From: Camelus dromedarius
Taxonomy: Eukaryota
Reading direction: 5' to 3'
NCBI RefSeq assembly: GCF_036321535.1
Contig: NC_087436.1
Coordinates: 66,652,001-66,716,000, forward strand
DNA length: 64,000 bases
A program made the position numbers and the translations under genes. Position 1 is the stretch's first letter, and every line of letters begins with the position of its first letter. The notes below the pieces were generated by a model, which searched no databases, was not told where the DNA came from, and saw only the letters and a program-made list of their open reading frames with translations. This document shows positions 1 through 13,723 of this stretch, piece after piece.

Positions 1-484
1 TGGAACTAAAATCACATCTGCCACTATTGTCTAATCCATAATGGTCTAGGTTAACCACCAAGAGAGTTGTGATTTAGCTTTTGGAATTTATCTATTTGAT
101 TTCTTTTTTGAATGATGTGGAAAGTTAATCAGTATTATGTTTATTGACATGATAATATAATTTTGCTTGTCCCTTAATGTTTTTAAGTGTGTTTTGGTAA
201 GAAAAGAATGCAGTATATTTTCATTCCTAAGAATATATACTGCTAACCTAAATTTGTATAGAAAAATATGGATGGGGTAAAGGAAATTGGATAATAATCT
301 CCCACTGAGTGACAGTTCCTCAGAAGGAACTGAGTTTATGTCTATGAGTTTTTAAATCAATGAACCCAGTGAGCTCTTCTTATTTAAGGAAACACAACTG
401 TTGTACTGAATTCATACTTTGTAAAAAATTCAAATACCCATGATATCAAAAATGAGGAGATACATTAGTTCCTTAAACTCTGGT

Positions 485-810
485 TGTATGCCAGGCACTA
501 TTTTAGGTACCAGCGATTAGAGAAGTTCAACAGAATCCTTGTTCTCATGGGACTTATATTCAAATGGCAGAAACAGAAAGTAAAGATGACATCAGATAAA
601 TATATAAGAAATACACTTAAAATTACTATAAAGAAGATTAAATAAGACATGATAAAGTGTTACTGCTCATGCAGACAACTGATTTGAGCTAGGCCAAGAG
701 CAGAGGACCTGTCAAAGAGAATTATCTTTGAATTCACACCTCAGTGATGAGAAGGAAGAAAGGAAAGATCTGTGAGGAGTGTACTTCAAACAAAGAGAAG
801 AGGAAATGTA
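485..810 (-). mobile_element. LINE-2 fragment, highly diverged
   Basis: tgtatgccaggcactattttaggtac...ccttgttctcatgggacttatattcaaatgg resembles the antisense L2 3' region; boundaries approximate. Confidence 0.65.
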
Positions 811-2997
811 AAAACTACTTAATAATTAGTGCCAGTTTATAGCAACTCAAGTCAGGACTCTAAAGCAATGACAGTAGTCTAATTGAAGTGGAACACTAAA
901 ACTACAAGCTGGAGATATTTACCTATTTGACTCATTAAAAAAAAAAAAACCACTAAATATCTCGCCAGTATTTTTCACGCCACAGGCTTTAGACCCATAA
1001 GAGTCTATGGTTTCAAAGAGGAAAAGATAAAGTATACCCTTAAGAGCTATAGAAGGAATGAAACCAACAAGTCCCAAACTGTGTAAACACAGAACTGAGC
1101 TTAACAAAATTTACAATACCTAGGAAATTTCCAAAAAAAAAAAAGAAAAGAAAATAGGAGCTGGGAATTAGAGCTAGAGAAAGGGATAAGATAGACGCAA
1201 AATATACATTTTCAAGAGTCAAGCAATTATAACAAAATTTGAGAGATTCCTGGGGGATCAAAAAGAGCTAAACCTAGAGAATAATAACCTTTATCTTTGC
1301 AGATCTGATTCAGATTGGAGATTCTTTTCCATCACACAGCAAATAAAATATTATCCTTTGGGATTTTGAAACTCTTCACTTTATGAGAAATCTGTAATGC
1401 TATTCTGGGTTTCCTGTTTTGAAAGAGATCAGGATAATTGCTGCACAGAAAAGAAATAAAAATAATCAGGACAAAAGACTATATAAGTAGTAATGAAAAC
1501 TTGGAAGGAGAACTCAACTAAGTAGACAAGTAGACTACAAATCCGAGTAGTTAAAATTGTTGCTTCCAATTTTGAAGCCAAAGAAAAAGGATTAAAATGC
1601 AATCTGTTCCATGGTAGCATTTTCAGAAAGGAGGAAGAATCACAGTAATTTGGGAAAGGCAAAACTCTTTGAAGCATCAAAGTCTAAAACTCTTTTAATT
1701 CTTCAATTTCTTGAGTAATACTACAATGCTCAACAGGATCAATCATTCAGTATTTTTTTAAAAAGGTGAAATATTTCATATAATTCTTATACTGTTGCAT
1801 TTTATATGGTTTTTACAGTATTTTTTGATGACAATCAAGAACATAATAAACATAATATAAAAATTTAACACACAGAAGGTATTTTTTTGTGAAGCTAAAC
1901 TATCATACCTGATAATATTTGTCTTTCTAATTATCAAGCTTTATTCAAGGATAGCGCAAAGAGCGTGAAGATTGCACATCTTTCAGAAATTTTTCCTGAA
2001 TTCCTTTCTCAGCAGGAGTTTTGATAAGAATTTGAGAGAAAATACTTTATTCTCTTTAAAAAGGACCTCAATTGCTAGCATTTTTAGGTGGAAGTTGAAG
2101 TTGCAAATAAAGCTATATAAACATTGTATTAATGCATACTGAAATAGACATTCTTTTGTGAAAAGCTAAGAACATAAACAAAATTTTGTTATTGATTTTA
2201 AGGTAGTCAGGTAGTGCTTTTGTTTATATTTACTGTTAATGGTTTTCCTTTCTACATTTAAATCAGCAAGTGTCAGGAATTTATTTGGGTGAATGAAAAA
2301 AGATAGACTTTTAATAAAGTGGTAGTTCCACTTCTGACAAAATGTTGATGAGTGTGATCTATCTTTATGACTAATGTGCTCTCAAATCAGGTGTTTCTAA
2401 TCCTCATCTATGTAACATAGATTGTACCAATTTCCAAGGTATCCTAACTTTAACTTCTTTATAAACTGTTCTTTATTGTTGACTGTTTTTCTGTTTTACA
2501 TGGTATATCTGTGTGAATTCAGCCACATTTTTGTAAGTTTGTCTTATTTGGAAAGCAACTATCTGTCTTAGTCTTAGATAAGTGATATTTTCTTTTGACA
2601 TTATGACATCTTTCTGCCCCTGCTCTCTGAATATAGGTAATAAATGTTGGTTCAGGCCACACTGAGAGGAGGTTCCAAGGTTGATGCAGGATACTAGGGA
2701 AATACATCTGAGCCCAGTGCACGAAACAATGGTCAGATGTCAAATGAGACATCCTTAAAAGGGTACAAAAGTAATGGCAGCCAAAAACAATTTAAATGTG
2801 TCAAAAGTGAAGATACCTAACACACTTCGTAAACAAATGTAGCAGTATCATCTATGGTTTCTTTCTGGAAGCCAGAAAGTGTAGCAGATTCTTCTCCAAG
2901 TCTTGGGTAGCCTTTCTAAATGGATTTTTTATTGATATTTTACAAAACAAATTGTGGGAAATATGCTAAGTTAAGTAAAGTTAAATAGATTACTCTA

Positions 2998-3165
2998 TAG
3001 CAAGAGAGTTGAGTTGTCTTTAAAATGCTAATACACTGTTGAAATCTCCAACAGGAGAAATATTAAGTGTGGCTTTTCCCAAATGGTATACTTCTTTCTC
3101 ATGTGACATCCACTAATCTCATAGAACTTTATTGTTTCATGGAATATGGTTTGGGGAACTTTGCT
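2998..3165. mobile_element. Possible old hAT-Charlie MITE (MER112/MER5-like)
   Basis: Ends in tttcatggaatatggtttggggaactttg followed by ctttaaa, similar to Charlie-type termini and their NTCTAGAN-like targets. Confidence 0.35.
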
Positions 3166-4649
3166 TTAAAATACCAATGATCTTTCTGTGGGCTTTCTCT
3201 CGTGTGTCAACAAGTTGTGATTAGTAATTCCGGGAGTCCAGAGAGGTTTTCCATTCAGCTGTTTGTCATTCAGTTGACTGAATAAAGAAATTGAGTTCTT
3301 TTTTTGTGCATATAAAGTTTTGCATGAATATTAGGAAGCAGTCTGAAATGTATCAAAAGATAAAGTGAAAATATCCTCTTTCCTGATTTCTGATTCAGCA
3401 TCCATTATACACAGAAGACTACCCTTTTCTTGTCTTTGAATGACAAGAGTGATCTCCTTCCCCTCTGGGCTTTTTAGTTTGCTGCAGCTTATATCATATG
3501 ACTCACTTCTTTCTTGCATTAATGAGAAGTACCTAATTTTTGTCTTATATATGATAACAATTATTTCAGTGAAATTTATATTGGTTATTTCAAGATCCAC
3601 AGTTTTATCTTATTATTCCAAAACTTGATTTTAATGGCATCTCCCATTTTCCATCTTTCTCATTTTAAAGAATGTTGCATAACACATGAGGCCCAATTCA
3701 TAGCAATAGCTGCACATTGTTTTATATATTTGACTACTTCTGGACTGCTGTGTTTTCCTTATCAATATTACAAGTAGAAATGTAATTAATTTGTTTCACC
3801 ATGTTTATTGAGTTAGTAGAGCTGTTTAAATGTGTCCTTTAATTTAACTTCCTAGTTAAGTCATTCTGGCATCCATAAGTAACTTCATCCCACAAAATGT
3901 GACATTTTACCAAATTTATGAATATTTGTATTTTCTCTATTTTGTGCTATTTTAAATGAGTATATTCTGATGAACCAAAACAATAATGAAAAATGTTGAT
4001 AAATTAGCTTTTCTTTGGATTTTTCTTCTTCCAACTGCTTAAAGATTTACATAAATCAGTATTTTCTTTAAAATTCTAAACTGAAAATCTTTCATATTCA
4101 GATAAAAGGCATCTAGTCACTTCCACCTTTAATTGACACTTCTTCCTAGAAATGGTTGATTCATTAATACATGTGCTTTTCAGGAAGTACAATTTTATTT
4201 TAACCAAGTTCTTCTGAGATATTTCAACAAAGTCCTTCTGAAAACACAAGTCTTTCTATAATAACATATGTTCCATTTCACAGCCTGTCTCACTTTCTTG
4301 GTGATTGTATAGATTTATTTCCTTCCAAGCTTGCTAACATGTTTTCCAAATAGTTCCATAGATATATAGAATGTTTCAATAGTTATGTAATAAAAAAGTA
4401 TTGCAAATATGTGTGTATGTATGAATTATATTTAAAAGATTTTTTTTAATACAGTGTTATCTGGAAATGGAGCAGAATCTCATTTTCAGAAATTAGTTGG
4501 TGTCCAAACCCATTTGAAACAAGTATTCTCACTTGGAGCCATAGCTTGAAGGTAAAATACTGGAACTAAAAAGAACTGGTTCTCAAGGATAGTAAGTGAG
4601 CATAAACAGCCAATAAACCAGTCAAATAAATGAGCTTATGCACAATGAG

Positions 4650-4745
4650 TATCTTAAGTCAGAGATTTATTTATATTTGTATTAACCTAGTTCAGTAATA
4701 AATACTTATTGAATAAATGATTGAATAAATGACTAGATGAATACA
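4650..4745 (+). mobile_element. LINE-2 3' terminus
   Basis: aataaatacttattgaataaatgattgaataaatga is the typical L2 (TGAA)n-type tail. Confidence 0.6.
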
Positions 4746-4877
4746 CTAAAAATGAACTTTTGTTCTCTCTTTATAGATATAGGTGGAGGTGTATATATGC
4801 ATAAGTATACGTACCTATATGTAAACATTTGTAGGTATAAAATGTGGGTGCTAAATATATACATATGTATGCATATA

Positions 4878-5155
4878 CAGTTGATCCTTGAACAGCATGG
4901 GTTTGAACTGTGGGTCCACTTATATATGGATTTTTTTCAATAAATATACAATCTGCCCTCTGTATCTGAGGGCTCCACATCCACAGATTCAACAAACCAG
5001 TGATCGTGTGTTATGTCCACACCCCTGGCTGGTTGAATCTAAAGATACAGACTCCTGGGATATGGAGGGCCAACTATGGGTCTTCAGTATCCATGGATTT
5101 TGGTATCTCTGATGGAGCCTAGAACCAGTTTTCCTTGGAAACTGAGGGATAACAT
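4878..5155 (-). mobile_element. MER2-like TcMar-Tigger DNA transposon fossil
   Basis: TA followed by cagttgatccttgaacagcatgggtttgaactgtgggtccacttata (Tigger2/MER2-type terminus); the other end catggattttggtatctc...agaaccagttttccttggaaactgaggga is degenerate. Confidence 0.75.
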
Positions 5156-5184
5156 CATTGAAGATGACACCAACATAATAAATT

Positions 5185-5335
5185 CATATTTATCCATTTA
5201 TTTATTCAAAAATACTTATTGAAAAATAATATTGAAAATTTATTCCATGCAGGCACATATGTAGGCTTAGTGCATACAAAATTGTATAAGATGAATATTT
5301 TGCCCTTACTATATTCCCAATCTAGTTTTATACAT
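5185..5335 (-). mobile_element. LINE-2 3' fragment
   Basis: tccatttatttattcaaaaatacttattga...atgcaggcac...cccaatctagt resembles the antisense L2 end. Confidence 0.5.
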
Positions 5336-6299
5336 CCCAAAACACAACACACACACATACACACACACACTCCTACTATTTTTGCATGAAAATGTCTTTT
5401 CAAGAAGAGTGTATTGATAGGAAGCTTAAGCGAGCATTCTGCCCTTAGAGTAAATTACAGGAAGACAATGCAACAACTTTAAAAAATGCAAAGTGGATAA
5501 AAAAATCTCCATCTCAACCAATGTTAAAATGAAACCTGTCTGGGTCCTTGTGATGCTTTAAAGTATATGTGTAGCCAAGCAACATCCTGCCTCTCAGGAT
5601 GTGAGCAAAATTTGTGAGTACTGCTGCTCTCTGCAGAATATAAATCCAGACCAGACTCCCATTGACAGGACAGATCTAAAGGAATACAGGAGATTCATTA
5701 AATTCTCAAAGTCCTTCCCCCTGTCTCCTGACATTCTCAAAAAACCTACTGGGAACTTCTGAGGTTAGTTCCTATTCAAGTTCACCTTAGTGATTTTGAT
5801 ACATTTATCAACATTATTGCTAGAGATTGCATTGAAATTCCATATGATTGATTTTTATCAGATAATAATGCCATTTTCATGAATTTTATGGAATCTAGAT
5901 AATATTTATTGCCTCTTAATAGTATTTGCAATAGAAGTGCTGAAGGCACCATGACACCTTTGTTAAAGGCATAATGGAAAAAGGTCACACGATGACTAGT
6001 GTCTCTGACAGTTCTTAAAATTTTAACCCAAGTAACTGTCTGATAGCTAGGCTGATCTCTGACAGCTGCTATGATGAGAAAGGCCAGACTCTGGAAAAGG
6101 ATGTATAACTGCTCTCCAGTGGCCTTCAGGCATAATAGCTTTACAAAGCCTTATATGACAATTTCTAATGGTCAGTTTATATGTAATTTATACACTCATG
6201 CTGTTAGATTTTAAATGTTGATAGCTTCTATAAAGCAATAGTTGCACTTTACTCAATGTAGCTTCTAAAATATGATTATTTCACATTTTAATAATAAAA

Positions 6300-6700
6300 A
6301 CTTTGTGAAAACATTATGTACATGTTTGCTTTCACACTTGAATTAATTTATCTTAAGTGTAAATAATAGAACTGAAATTTCTGTGATAAAATATAAGTAT
6401 ATTTAACATTTGGACAGATAGCAACATGTTTCCTTCCTAGACAGTTGACCAGGATTTACAAATTCACAAGAGTGTCCAAAAAGGTATTTTTTCCTATACC
6501 TTTGCCAAAAGAGCTTTGGATCAGACTTTTCAAATATTTTCCAAGCTATTAAGTGAAAAAAAAATACTATATACTTCTAAATGTTTATCTAAAGAATGAG
6601 ATATTTTCATATTTTATTGAACATTTATAATTATGTTTCTATTAACAACATTTTAATGCCATTTGGATAACTTTCTATTCGGTTACTAATTTTTGGTTAC
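6300..6700 (-). mobile_element. Ancient L1 (L1M/L1ME-type) fragment
   Basis: T-rich tract with gatttacaaattcacaagagtg...tacctttgccaa similar to antisense L1 ORF2 end. Confidence 0.4.
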
Positions 6701-7279
6701 AGTTAAAAAATGATAAACTGCTCCACCTACCTTTTCTATATGAATGCTACTTGCTGAAGAGACAAAAAATAAAATCATCATCAACAAAAATCTGCACACA
6801 TGCACACACAGACAAATCTACCAACTTCTCTTGAGGTGGAAACTAAAGATGATAGTGGTTTGAAATTCAAACTTCAGAAATAAAGTACTTTCAAGGGAAT
6901 AAATAGAAGGCTTGTGGGAGCAGTTTTATTCATTTTTTTGTTTATGGACTCTATTAGTAAAGAGTTTCAGAAGATTAAGCAGGGAAATACACAGAAGGAT
7001 ACTCTTTCACTCCAACAGAACTGCGTAGCTGGTATGATAGCAAGATTCTGGGGACCTAAGTGAATACTGTATCCTGTTCTCCACCTACGAGTCTGGAAAA
7101 TTAGAAGATTTGACAAATATTCTATAAGAATATTCATTGGAAATTAATATAATCTGTCTACTAGCAAAAAATGGGTCATGATGAGCATCTTCAAATGGAC
7201 ATTTAAATAAAACACTCATAGGAACACCAATAAAACTACAGCGTTTTGAGCATTGGAGTACAACAACTGTATTTATATT

Positions 7280-8110
7280 TTTTATTGAAGTATAGTTGAT
7301 TTACAATATTGTGTTAGTTTCAAGTGTACAGCAAAGTGCTTCATATGTGTGTGTATATATATATATATATGTGTGTGTGTATGTATCTTTTTTCCAATTA
7401 TTTTCCATTACAGATTATTAAAAGACATTGAATATAGTTCCCTGTACTACATATATATCTTTGTTGTTTATCTATTTTATATATAGTGATGTGTATCTGT
7501 TGATCCCGTACTCCTCTAATATATCCCTCCTCTCCTTTCCCATTTGGTAAGCGTAAGTTCTTTTCATGTCTGTGAGTCTGTTTCTGTTTTGTAAATAAGT
7601 TCATTTGTATCATTTTTTTTTTTTAGATTCTGTATACAAGTGATAGCATATGATGCTTGTCTTTCTCTGTCTGACTTATTTCTCTCAGTATGATAATGTC
7701 TAGGTTCCTCCATGTTGCTGCAAATGGCATTATTTCATTCCTTTTATGGCTGAGTAGTATTCCATATTCTTTATCCAGGCATCTGTTAATGGACACGTAG
7801 GTTGCTTCCATGTCTTGGCTGTTGTAAATAGTGCTGCTATGAACATTTGGGTACATGTATCTTTTCGAGTCAGAGTTTTTGTTTTTTCCAGATATATGCC
7901 CAGGAGTGGGATCACTGGATCATATGGTAACTCTATTTTTAGTTTTTTAAGGAATCCTGTACTGTTTTCCATAGTGGCTGCACCAGTTTACATTCCCATC
8001 AACAGTGTAGGAGGGTTCCCTTTTCACCACACCCTCTCTATTATTTATTATTTGTAGACCTTTTGATGATAACTATTCTAATAGGTGTGAGGTGATACCT
8101 CACTGTAGTT
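7280..8110 (-). mobile_element. 5'-truncated L1 (ORF2 C-terminus plus 3' UTR), cetartiodactyl-type
   Basis: Minus-strand ORF 7730-7972 reads [21 protein letters not shown]...TCTQMFIAALFTTAKTWKQPTCP (L1 ORF2 C-terminus); antisense 3' end ttattgaagtatagttgatttacaat next to a T run; internal (TG)/(TA) tract at about 7343-7385. Confidence 0.95.
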
Positions 8111-8129
8111 TATATTCTTGATATATTCC

Positions 8130-8900
8130 CCTAGCAGTGTAAAGAATAGTGAGACAAGGATATATATGGAAAAACCTCCTAGGATGGTTATTACAGTAAC
8201 TCAGACAAAAAGAAATGTTAGAGATGCTGAGGTATTAAAGGTAAATATGGAAAAATGAGGACATATTAAACGTTTCTAGACAGAGTTAACAATATTAGGT
8301 ATTTGAAAGGCTATTGGGTGGTGGAAATTAAGGAAAAGGAAAATATCATTGAAGATATTGATGACATTCTGGGATGAGCTATTAGATGGCTTTGATACTA
8401 CACTGATACAGGTACCCCTGGAATAGGGGGAAGATTTTTGTATTGGATTGTTCTGAGGTTAGGAAGAGATTATAAAATTGATTTTGGACAAGATTTTGAG
8501 TTTCTTGTGAGACATCAAGGTGGGTAATTGGAAATCAAGTCATATACTTGGAAATCAGAAGAGGGCTCTATGAGAATGATATACATTTCTAAATAATAGC
8601 CATATTGATGTTATGGGATTAGATGTGATCACTCAAGAAAACTGTCATGTAAGAAAAAGAATGGCCAAGGATAGAAGAACAATAAAATTTTGGATACAGA
8701 CAGAAATTAAGAGCAAGAAAATGACCTGGATGAAGTTGGGAAGTTATCTATGAAACAAAAGAAAAACCAGAAGATTGTGGTGTCACACAGCCCAAGAAAA
8801 GAGAATTTTCAAAAAACAGTATTGTCAACAGAAAAAAATAAAATGCTTTTGGAAATTTCATTAGGATAACTGAAAGGATTTCTTTTTTTTAAATGGAGCA
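8130..8900 (-). mobile_element. LINE-2 fragment
   Basis: Purine-rich tract with ttttggaca...tttgagtttcttgtgagacatcaag and atgggattagatgtgatcac typical of antisense L2. Confidence 0.6.
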
Positions 8901-9134
8901 TTATGTAATCATTCTTAAGTTCAGCAAAACAGGTCTCAAAATTCTTATCACAGTATGCCTCAAGCCAGTGGATAATTTCTAAATTATTTTGACCATAACA
9001 ATTATGCAGAAAAACATGTTTATTACAGCTTCTTTGTCCTATAATTTCAAAAACAATTGAAAATATTTTAGAGATGCAGGGAAATTTAAAATATAGTATC
9101 CATACAATATTTTTGAAAATCACTGCAATACTGG

Positions 9135-11130
9135 TAATACTGGTACAAGAATCAACAGAAAGATCAATGGAATGATGTACATAGACCTGAAATAGTCTCT
9201 AATATATTTAAGACTTCAGAATATGATAAAAAGAGAAGTCAGCAATGAATGGAAAAATCACACATTCCTCCAAAAATATTGATATAATATTTGATTATCT
9301 GAACAAAAAAATCATCCCACTATATTGCAAAATAAATTTCAGGATAATTAAATATTTATTTGTAAAAGTATCATAATTCAATTCAGTAAAGAAATTTAAG
9401 TAATTCATTAAACAAATTAAAAATTATTACTAGGAATAGAATAAATTTCCCTCCTCATTTCATAAAATTACTGCTGTATTTGAAAGCTGAATAAAGAAAC
9501 TCAAGAAAATTATAAATTTATATCACTTAGAGATAAATTAAGTATTTGTTTAAAAACCACAACACTATATTACAAGTAATATTTCATGATCAAATACTTT
9601 AACTCAGAAATACAAAGATCATTCAATATGTTGTATTTACATGATCTAAGTCAATAGACCAAACAGAAAAAAACATATTATTATATCATGTGTAAAAAAC
9701 AATTTCTGATAAAGTTCTTTTATTTAAGAAATATACTCCTTGTGAACTAGGTAGTGAAACAATTAGAGTAAACCCCAAATCAAAAATCATAAATCAGAAA
9801 ACTGATGATTAGGACTATAGCAAAATTAGAATCTTGACCTTTAATAAAGATTACTAAATACAAACAAAAAGAAGACAAACTAAATAAGATATTCACAATG
9901 TAACTAACAGAGCAGTTAGAGGAACTCCTGAAAATTCACATAACAAGATGGAGCTGGAGGACAAGAATCTTTGTGGACTAAAGGGCAAAGACGTGAACAG
10001 AAATCCACAGAGAGGGACAAACAAAAGGCAAATAACCATGTAAAGAGATGGCCAAACTTATTAAAATTAGAGAAATACGAATGGGAGTGACAATGAATTA
10101 GAAATTTCCTCCCAGAAATTTGGCAAAAATAAAACATCTGAGAACACAAGTAGAGGCGGATATGTGAGCATTCAGGAATCTTTATCCACTATAGGTGTAA
10201 GTGCTGATTGATATATCCATTCTAGGAGGCAATCCAACAATATTTAGACAAATTAGATTTAAAAAAATGAACTCTTTGTTTCAGATTTCCTTATCCTGGT
10301 TATGTATGCCAAGGAAATTCCCACACAAATCTACAGAGATAGATACAATGATGTTCACACACACTATTTGAGGTAGTGGAGTTTTGAAGGCAATCTGGTG
10401 ACTCTTTATGGGGAAATGGATAAGTAAATATGTTGGATGCACATTAAGGAATAATACAAAGAAGTTACATAAGTTATATAAACTGTATATAATATGTATC
10501 TCACAAGAACACATTGAAATAAAAAGAATATACATTAAAAGAATGGTTTCCTAAGTAGAATTGAAAAGACTAGGAATATATTCACAAAGATATATTGCAT
10601 ACACTAATGCTGCTATATTGTCAAGAACTCAGAAGTATTATTAACTCAATTCTCTGTACCTGAAATTTTCTCTCTCTTTAGATAGCTATAGTTTAGAAAA
10701 TTTTCTAAATATAAATTAATGAGAGAAGTTCTAAAGAAAATCACTGATAAATTTGACTGTATAAAAATTTATAAGCTGTCAGAAGAATACAAATGACAAA
10801 CTGAAAACAATCTTTGAGGTAAATGTAACAGAAATAGATTTAACTACATTGATATGTAAGTTTTTACATATCAGTAAATAAATACAAAGTTTCTCTCAAA
10901 AGCATATATATATATGACATCAAAAGCCTAGTCGCATGCAATAAATATAAAGGCCAATAAACAGATGAATGGTATCTTATCTCACTCAAAGCCATACAAA
11001 TTGAAAAGTGGTGTCATATTTTTTCACTCAGCAATAATAAAATATAGAATTTCTATAATACTCTGTGCTTGCTAGAGAGTGAAACAGAAATTAACTAATA
11101 AACTATGCAGGTTGTGGAATGGCTATATCA
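9135..11130 (+). mobile_element. Several fragments of ancient L1 (ORF2 3' half and 3' UTR)
   Basis: A-rich; contains acagaaagatcaatggaa, aaataaccatgtaaagagatggccaaactta and ttatgtatgccaaggaaattcc, matching decayed L1 ORF2. Confidence 0.65.
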
Positions 11131-13106
11131 AGCATAAAAATCTAAGAGATTCCATGATGATCAAAAATGAAGACAATCAGAATTGTGACATGAAATTTCA
11201 TCAAATGGAAACCAGAAAAAAAGAAAGTCCTCATTTCTCTGTAAGTAAACAAAAAGCTTGCTGAATAAACATTTTAAAAGTTAACAGTCTGAAGATTTCT
11301 AAAGTGAGCAATCTTGAGTTATTCCTCATGTCTGTTCACATGCTAACTGAAGAAGTTTCCAGGAGCTAAGTCTTACCCAAAAAAAAGGCTGATATGGAGA
11401 GCATGAAGCCTCTGCAAAAAGCTTACAGGTAAAGAGATGCCCAACCCATAAAGGGCTCATAAAATCAAATGTTCAAAGTTTGAGGACTAGCTAGTGAATT
11501 GGTGAAATGCTGACAATACATGAAGTTAAAAATATCAGCATTAAAACAAAACAAAACAAAAAAAACAAGACATTGTCATTATTTCCCCAGTTATTTGCTT
11601 GTCTAGTCATACCAAATATTAATAATCATTATCACTGAGTGGTAGGCTGATGTTTAATTTTTATTTGCATCTCTGTTAATTTCTTTATTTTATAAATTTT
11701 CAACCATGTACTTATATTACATTTATAATCACAAATATATTTAGGAAAATATTTTAAGAAAAATTCACTCACAGAAGTCCATGAGATGAAGAATGCCGTA
11801 AAACTTGAGTGCTGTTAGTTGACTTATGTTCCAAATTTGAAGCATCATCCAGTTCCTGTTTGTGCTGGGGATTAGGTGGCCTGGGGAGGCGCTCTGGAAT
11901 TCAGAAAGTCATGAAATAAAAGTTGGACTTGGGGAACAAGGGCAATGTTTACGTTTATAAATTATCTGAGAACTAACACCTTTTTAAATTTAAAAAAACT
12001 TGAAAAAATGTTTTTACAAAAATGTCAATGTATTTCTTTTTAATTTGTGGTTTTAAAGTGTTATAAAAGAAGACTATAATATCTTGAGACATTAAAAATA
12101 AGAGAAACACCAAAGCTTTGCTAATAAGGCAGGAGAGTAGTGAGTGACAGGCAATTTCAAAACCAAAATGATTTCATCTTTTTCACATGGTTCTCATAGC
12201 TTCACCACCAGAAAACTGTCACATTTTCAGAGAAGCCCCTAATTTAAAAGAGTTCCTGCCAACTTCCTTCATTTTGTTTTATTTCACCTGACAAAAACAG
12301 TATTTACCTCATGTGATAGGAACAGTTTCACAGTAGTCATTAAGAAAACATAATGAACAGAGGTTGGTGGCAAAACACTTCATTATTGATTTTTGGTCAT
12401 GTCTTTTTATTGTATTTTCAGCTATAAACTCAGAATATTATTGGAATTTATAAACTGAATAGGCTCCCTAGTAAAAATTATAACACTTACTAATATCTCA
12501 TAAACAAAATTCATTGTATTTTTCAATGAAACACATTCCTCAATTTGAAAATCCCAAACCTGAATTCAGTACATTAAGTATCAACAAGTAGCATTTTCTT
12601 TTAAGTCATTGCCCTGTTTCCTCCAAGTTAACTTCAACTTTTTGTTACCTGTTATTTCACCTTCCTTCGTAAATAAATACACACACACACACACAAGCAT
12701 ATATATGTATGTGCATATGTATATCACAACCTATATTTCTGTGACAATACTGCTAGTAATCAGAAATGGAAAAAATAGCAATATATTTTTTATGGTAAAT
12801 GGTTAGCTAAACTGAAGCCATCAACTATAGATGAGACATATTCTGAAAGATAATGGAAAACCTGAATTTAGTAAAAACAATAGAAATCTTAATATATTTT
12901 ATCTGAGTACTTTATCAAACCAAATTAAATTTTGTAAGATCGCTTGATAGTCAAAAAAGCATACTACTTAACTGTGTTAGGGATATCTTAATGTTCATTG
13001 TAAAATAATTTTGTGGGATATTACAGGTTACAAATGTTTCATGAATGAAGATATTTGGAAATGTGTATTTAAATAATTGAACTCACTCATTACTGACTTA
13101 AGAACT

Positions 13107-13595
13107 TGTCAGAAGATTTTCAAGAACTGGAGAGGTTCTGGTCTTTTACCTTATTTGCAAGGTGACAAGTTAGCCTGCTACAGTTTCATGGATGCTAGCA
13201 GAAGTCATAAGATTCCTGGGTTAGAGACAAATGACTTTTTTACTTACAGCACAGCAGGCAACATGAACATCAGCATATTTGCTTCAATTCTGCTCCGCCC
13301 TCGTGTCCCATCCAGGCAATATGAATGCGCCCAGAGGAAGCCAGCACATGCAGTGGGTTGCTTCACAACAGAGGAACCCTGAGTTTAGGGATCTCAAATC
13401 TAGCCCTTTTTTTTATTTAATTGAAGTATAGTCTATCTTAATGGGTAGTGAGCATACTTCTCCTTTGCTCTTATTTTCCAAGGCTGCTCACTATATAAAT
13501 ATACTTGAAAATATAGTCCAGATTAAAAGATATTTTGTACCTCCCCCTATAAAACATTCAGAAATGCCATATCCCTTGAAGAATTGCCTCCTAAG
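13107..13595 (-). mobile_element. ERVL solo LTR, MER54/MER74 group
   Basis: tgtcagaag...acaagttagcctgctacagtttcatggatgctagcagaagtcataagattcctgggttagagacaaatgacttt is the antisense of the 3' end shared by MER54/73/74; right boundary approximate. Confidence 0.7.
13406..13432 (-). mobile_element. Very short L1 3' tip inserted in the LTR
   Basis: T run followed by aattgaagtatagt, as at the L1 3' ends near 7283, 14734 and 26949; no clear TSD. Confidence 0.45.
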
Positions 13596-13672
13596 ACTCT
13601 TTTAAAATGTTTATTTGCATTGTGAATCTTTAGGGTGTACTAGGATTTCCCAAATCCAGTTTGAATATGAAA

Positions 13673-13674
<2 letters not shown>

Positions 13675-13720
<46 letters not shown>
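13675..13720. repeat. (TG)23 microsatellite
   Basis: Perfect dinucleotide run read directly. Confidence 0.98.

Positions 13721-13723
<3 letters not shown>

Noticed and set aside
3331..3628. Opposing ORFs near 3.3-3.6 kb as coding exons
   Set aside because: No recognisable protein; the T-rich context suggests a decayed LINE fragment that I could not assign
7398..8057. Cluster of overlapping ORFs as a gene
   Set aside because: They are broken frames and antisense frames of a truncated L1
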